Assembly: GCA_963848295.1 (NCBI GenBank) | Contig: CAWKDB010000010.1 | Coordinates: forward strand, 4,512,001 to 4,576,000 | Direction: 5' to 3' | Origin: an uncultured delta proteobacterium | GTDB taxonomy: Bacteria > Myxococcota_A > Polyangia > Haliangiales > Haliangiaceae | Length of the DNA: 64,000 bases | Shown here: positions 60,587 to 64,000 of the stretch, piece after piece | How the letters are laid out: the number at the start of each line of letters is the position of its first letter | How positions within the stretch are numbered: position 1 is the first letter of the stretch | Made by a program: the position numbers and the translations under genes | Notes under the pieces: generated by a model | What the model was told of the DNA's origin: nothing | The model's database searches: none | What the model saw: only the letters and a program-made list of their open reading frames with translations

Positions 60587-61676
60587 CTAAGGCGCGAAGT
60601 GCTCGGTCGACGTCCGGCGCGCCTCGTACGCGGCGGCCTCGGCCTGCGTGAAGGCGGCGTGGCTGCCACATCGTGTTGCTGCCCTCGTGGCCGAGGCGGA
60701 GGTCGCCGGGGTGCGGCTCGGCGATCAACCAGCCAGCCATGTAGCGGTGCTTGTCACCGGTCGGCGCGGTGTGGAGGTGCGCCATCGTCGCGGCGGACAC
60801 GAGCGGCGTGCTCGGCGCCGCGTGAATCGCGAGGAACTTTCCCCAATCGCCGAGGCTGCAGTGCACCGTGCCGGCGGGGCCGAAGCTCGGGGGATTGTCC
60901 GCGTGCGGATCGTTCGGCGCGACCGGGCGTTGATCGCGGTGGCCCCACGGTTCATCGATCTTCGTCGCGTCGCCGGGCGGGCCAAAACCACACGACGTCA
61001 TGTGCAGAGGTGCGAACAGCTCGTCGCGCATCAGCTGCTCCCAGGTCTTGCCGGTCGCGCGCTCGAGTGCCGCGCCGGCGATCACGTAGCCGGCGTTCGA
61101 ATAGACGAACGTGCCCGGGGCTTGTGCGGGCGGGTGAGCGAGCACGGCGGCCACCAGCTTGCTGCGCGCCTCGGGCGCGACACCGTCAGCGAACGCCTGC
61201 CGCGTGATGTCGCTCGGGAGCTCTGCCGGAGCCCCGGCTCGATGCTGGAGCAATTGATCGAGCGTGACCGCAGCGTATCCGGGATCGACCGTGACGCCGG
61301 CGAACAGCTTGTCGAGCCGATCGTCCCAGTGCAACACGCCGCGATCGACATAGATGCCGATCAGCGTCGCGGTCATTGCCTTGGTGTCCGAACCGAGGTG
61401 CCATTGATCGTCGATCGTGGCGGGGTGGCTCGGATCGCCCGCCTTGCGCGAGCCGGTAACCGCGCTCGCGACCAGCTTGCCGCCGCGCCACACTGCCATC
61501 CCGAGCGCGGGCAGATGCTCCGCCATGCGCACCGCCTCGAGCTGCGTCTTGAGATCTGGCGTCACCGCTGGCTCGCTCTTGCCCGGCTCCGCGTCGTGAC
61601 CGCGGCACGCGACCAGCGCGCTGCCCGAAGCGACGAGCGAAACCATGACCGATGCGACGAAAGATCGATGGGTCAT
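60587..61676 (-). CDS. Serine hydrolase (beta-lactamase/AmpC family) lipoprotein with disrupted C-terminus
   Basis: GSDTK (SxxK), LLQHRAG, YSN, PAG, HEGSNT; homology appears to end after about 60667. Confidence 0.75.
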
Positions 61677-62914
61677 GATCGTCTTTCCAACAACAACTGG
61701 TGATCGCCTAGCGTGCGCTCGGTGAACGCGGCCTCGCTGAACGCGAGGTACAGCAGCCACGTGCGGATGAACGGCTCGTCGAAGCCGAGTGCGCGCACCG
61801 CGGGGAGCTCGGCGACGAAACGATCGCGCCACGCGCGCAGCGTCGGCGCGTAGTCCGGGCCGATGTCATCGCTGCGGGTCAGTGTGAACGGCGCGGCGGC
61901 GGCGCGGATCGCGGCGAGCGACGGGATGCACGCGCCCGGGAAGATGTACGTCTGCATCCAATCGACGTTCTTGCGATACGTCTCGAACCGATCATCGGGC
62001 ATCGTGATCGTTTGCAGCGCGAGCCGGCCGCCCTCCGCGCGAGGGCCGAGGGCGCGCGCGCACACCGCGAAGAACTCGGGCAGGAAATCGAACCCCACCG
62101 CTTCGAGCATCTCGATCGACACGATCTTGTCGAACGTGCCGGTCAGGTCGCGGTAGTCGCGATACTCGACCGCGATGCGATCGCCGAGCCCGGCTGCGGC
62201 CACCCGCGCTGCCGCGAGCTCGCGTTGCTCGCGCGACACCGTGATCGCCGTGACCCGACAACCGCGCGTCCGCGCCGCGTGGATCGCCATGCCACCCCAG
62301 CCGCAGCCGAGCTCGAGCAGGTGATCGCGCGGGGACAGCGCGAGCAGATCGCACAGCCGATCGAGCTTGCGGCGCTGGGCATCCGCGAGCGAATCGCCGT
62401 CCCGATAGATCGCGCACGAATACGCGAAGGTCTCGGGATCGAGGAACAGTCGATAGAACGCATTTCCCAGGTCGTAGTGAGCATGGACGTTGCGCTCGCT
62501 GCCGGTCCGGCTATTAGCAGCGTGACGATACCGGACAAGCGCCGGCCACCGCGCGAGCCGGGTGAGCGGCGACTCGACCCCGCGCGCAGCGGTGGCGCGC
62601 AAGAACGCGCGGACCACGCCGACCACATCGTCGCTCGACCACTCGCCGGCGACGAACGATTCGCCGGCGCCCATCTCGCCGCGCAGCAGCAGGCGCAGGA
62701 ACAGCCGGTCGTCGTGAATGCGGGCGCGGGCGTCCGGCGCCCCTTGTCCGCCGAGCCGCACCGTCTGGCCGGACGGCAACGCGAGATCGAGCCGCCCACC
62801 TGCCCAGGACGATCGCAACTGGCGCAGCGCGAGCCAGCGCAGCGCATCCGCCGCGGGCGGCACGAGCGGTGGCAGCGGCAAGATCAGCGGGTGTGCAACG
62901 TCGGCGACCGACAA
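61673..62914 (-). CDS. Cyclopropane-fatty-acyl-phospholipid synthase family SAM methyltransferase
   Basis: GAGESF, HYDLGNAFY, YSCA, ELGCGWGG, FDKIVSIEMLEAVG, YIFPG; TTG start 6 nt after TACGTT. Confidence 0.92.
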   Translation of the reverse strand: MSVADVAHPLILPLPPLVPPAADALRWLALRQLRSSWAGGRLDLALPSGQTVRLGGQGAPDARARIHDDRLFLRLLLRGEMGAGESFVAGEWSSDDVVGVVRAFLRATAARGVESPLTRLARWPALVRYRHAANSRTGSERNVHAHYDLGNAFYRLFLDPETFAYSCAIYRDGDSLADAQRRKLDRLCDLLALSPRDHLLELGCGWGGMAIHAARTRGCRVTAITVSREQRELAAARVAAAGLGDRIAVEYRDYRDLTGTFDKIVSIEMLEAVGFDFLPEFFAVCARALGPRAEGGRLALQTITMPDDRFETYRKNVDWMQTYIFPGACIPSLAAIRAAAAPFTLTRSDDIGPDYAPTLRAWRDRFVAELPAVRALGFDEPFIRTWLLYLAFSEAAFTERTLGDHQLLLERRS

Positions 62915-63049
62915 CGGCCCAACGTAACTTACAACCGATCTCAAACATAGATCCGCGGCATACAGGCACGGCGGGATCGAGACCGCGACGCCGTCACCCG
63001 CACTCGGCCACACGTCTAGAACGATCGCCGATCGAGCCAGGCTCGGGAT

Positions 63050-63844
63050 CTACTGGCGCTTCGGTTGTGCGAGCAACGGCCGATGATCGATACCCGGCCG
63101 GCGATAGGGGACGCCGAGCCAGCGCAGCTTGATCGCCTGCCAGTGGATGAGACCGATCACTCGCGCCGTCATGAACGGATATCGCACCGCCGCGGCGACG
63201 AGCGTGCGGTCGGTGAGCGCCCCGCGCGCGCCGGAGAGCCGGGCGGTGAAGCTGCGACCGGCCTCTTGCTCGACGCGCATGTCGATCGCCAACCGCTCGC
63301 CGTCGAGCGGTGCGTCGAACGAGAACTCGTAGCTCGCGTCGCCATGCAGGAACGGCGAGACGAACAGCTCGCGGACATGGCGAAACGTCGCGACCGGGCC
63401 GCGCTCCGCGCGGTCGACGCGTTGCTGCGGTCCGAGCACGTAGCGGAACCGGCCGCCGTAGGTGTTGTTGACCTCGGCGATCACGGTCTCGAGCGCGCCG
63501 GCGCTGTCGTAGTTGAGAAAGAAGCTCACCGGGTTGAACACGTATCCGAACGTCCGCAGATTTGTGACCAGCCGCGTCGTGTGCGGCGCGGGTAAGCCGT
63601 TCGCAGCGCAGATCGCGCGCAGCGAGGCCCGCAGATCGTCGGTCGTGCCGTCGCCGTAGTCGCGTTCGCGAAAGCCGAATGGCGTGCGGCCGGCGCGCGA
63701 GAACAGTCGGAGCGCGCGATCGAGCTCGGGCAATTCGTCGAGATCGAGCGCGGCGACATAGACGTTGTAGCGAAACGCGCGGCGGGCGAGCTCGTCGTGG
63801 CGCGCATGCATCACCTCGCCGCGATAGAGCGCGGAGTGCGTCAT
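63050..63844 (-). CDS. DUF1365 family protein
   Basis: LYRGEVMHAR, FGYVFNPVSF, AEVNNTYG, FVSPF, IHWQA. Confidence 0.9.
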   Translation of the reverse strand: MTHSALYRGEVMHARHDELARRAFRYNVYVAALDLDELPELDRALRLFSRAGRTPFGFRERDYGDGTTDDLRASLRAICAANGLPAPHTTRLVTNLRTFGYVFNPVSFFLNYDSAGALETVIAEVNNTYGGRFRYVLGPQQRVDRAERGPVATFRHVRELFVSPFLHGDASYEFSFDAPLDGERLAIDMRVEQEAGRSFTARLSGARGALTDRTLVAAAVRYPFMTARVIGLIHWQAIKLRWLGVPYRRPGIDHRPLLAQPKRQ

Positions 63845-64000
63845 GCCCGCTCGTCCGCGATCGCGCGAGTCGCGGCGGCGATCCCGCTGCGGATGCCGTC
63901 CTCGTGAAAGCCGAAGCCGAGATGGGCCCCGGCGTAGTACGTGCGCGCCCCGCGCCCCGCGTTCGGCAACAGCGACTGTGCGGCGAGCGCGCCGCCATCG
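63841..64000 (-). CDS. C-terminus of an FAD-dependent oxidoreductase (amine-oxidase-like)
   Basis: Manual translation RTYYAGAHLGFGFHEDGIRSG; ATGA overlap with DUF1365. Confidence 0.85.
   Translation of the reverse strand, partial: DGGALAAQSLLPNAGRGARTYYAGAHLGFGFHEDGIRSGIAAATRAIADERA

Overview
High-GC (~69%) bacterial chromosome segment whose gene content points to Myxococcota, probably a Kofleriaceae/Haliangiales-like lineage (inferred from TPR Ser/Thr kinases, myxobacterial ECF sigma factors and many Cys-rich lipoproteins). About 58 CDS can be supported. They include an aerobic benzoyl-CoA module (boxR-boxC-boxB, no boxA), nth, a long Lhr helicase, def, pyrD, thyA/folA, hemF, queF, an S1-domain protein, an MMACHC/CblC-like protein, a DUF4331 pair with a TPR partner, a Y1/RAYT transposase, an orphan HigA and a cfa/DUF1365/FAD-oxidoreductase cluster. 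No rRNA, tRNA or CRISPR array was found. The two best leads are (1) an unassigned, extensively base-paired ~310-nt minus-strand RNA with its own terminator (59431-59743) and (2) a translationally coupled operon of a Trp-repeat lipoprotein, a ferritin-like diiron protein and a Dabb protein (51432-52803), a candidate peptide-modification system. Many genes look leaderless (TANNNT 5-7 nt before the start codon). Several single-base frameshifts suggest long-read assembly errors. All family calls come from motif recognition, not database searches.
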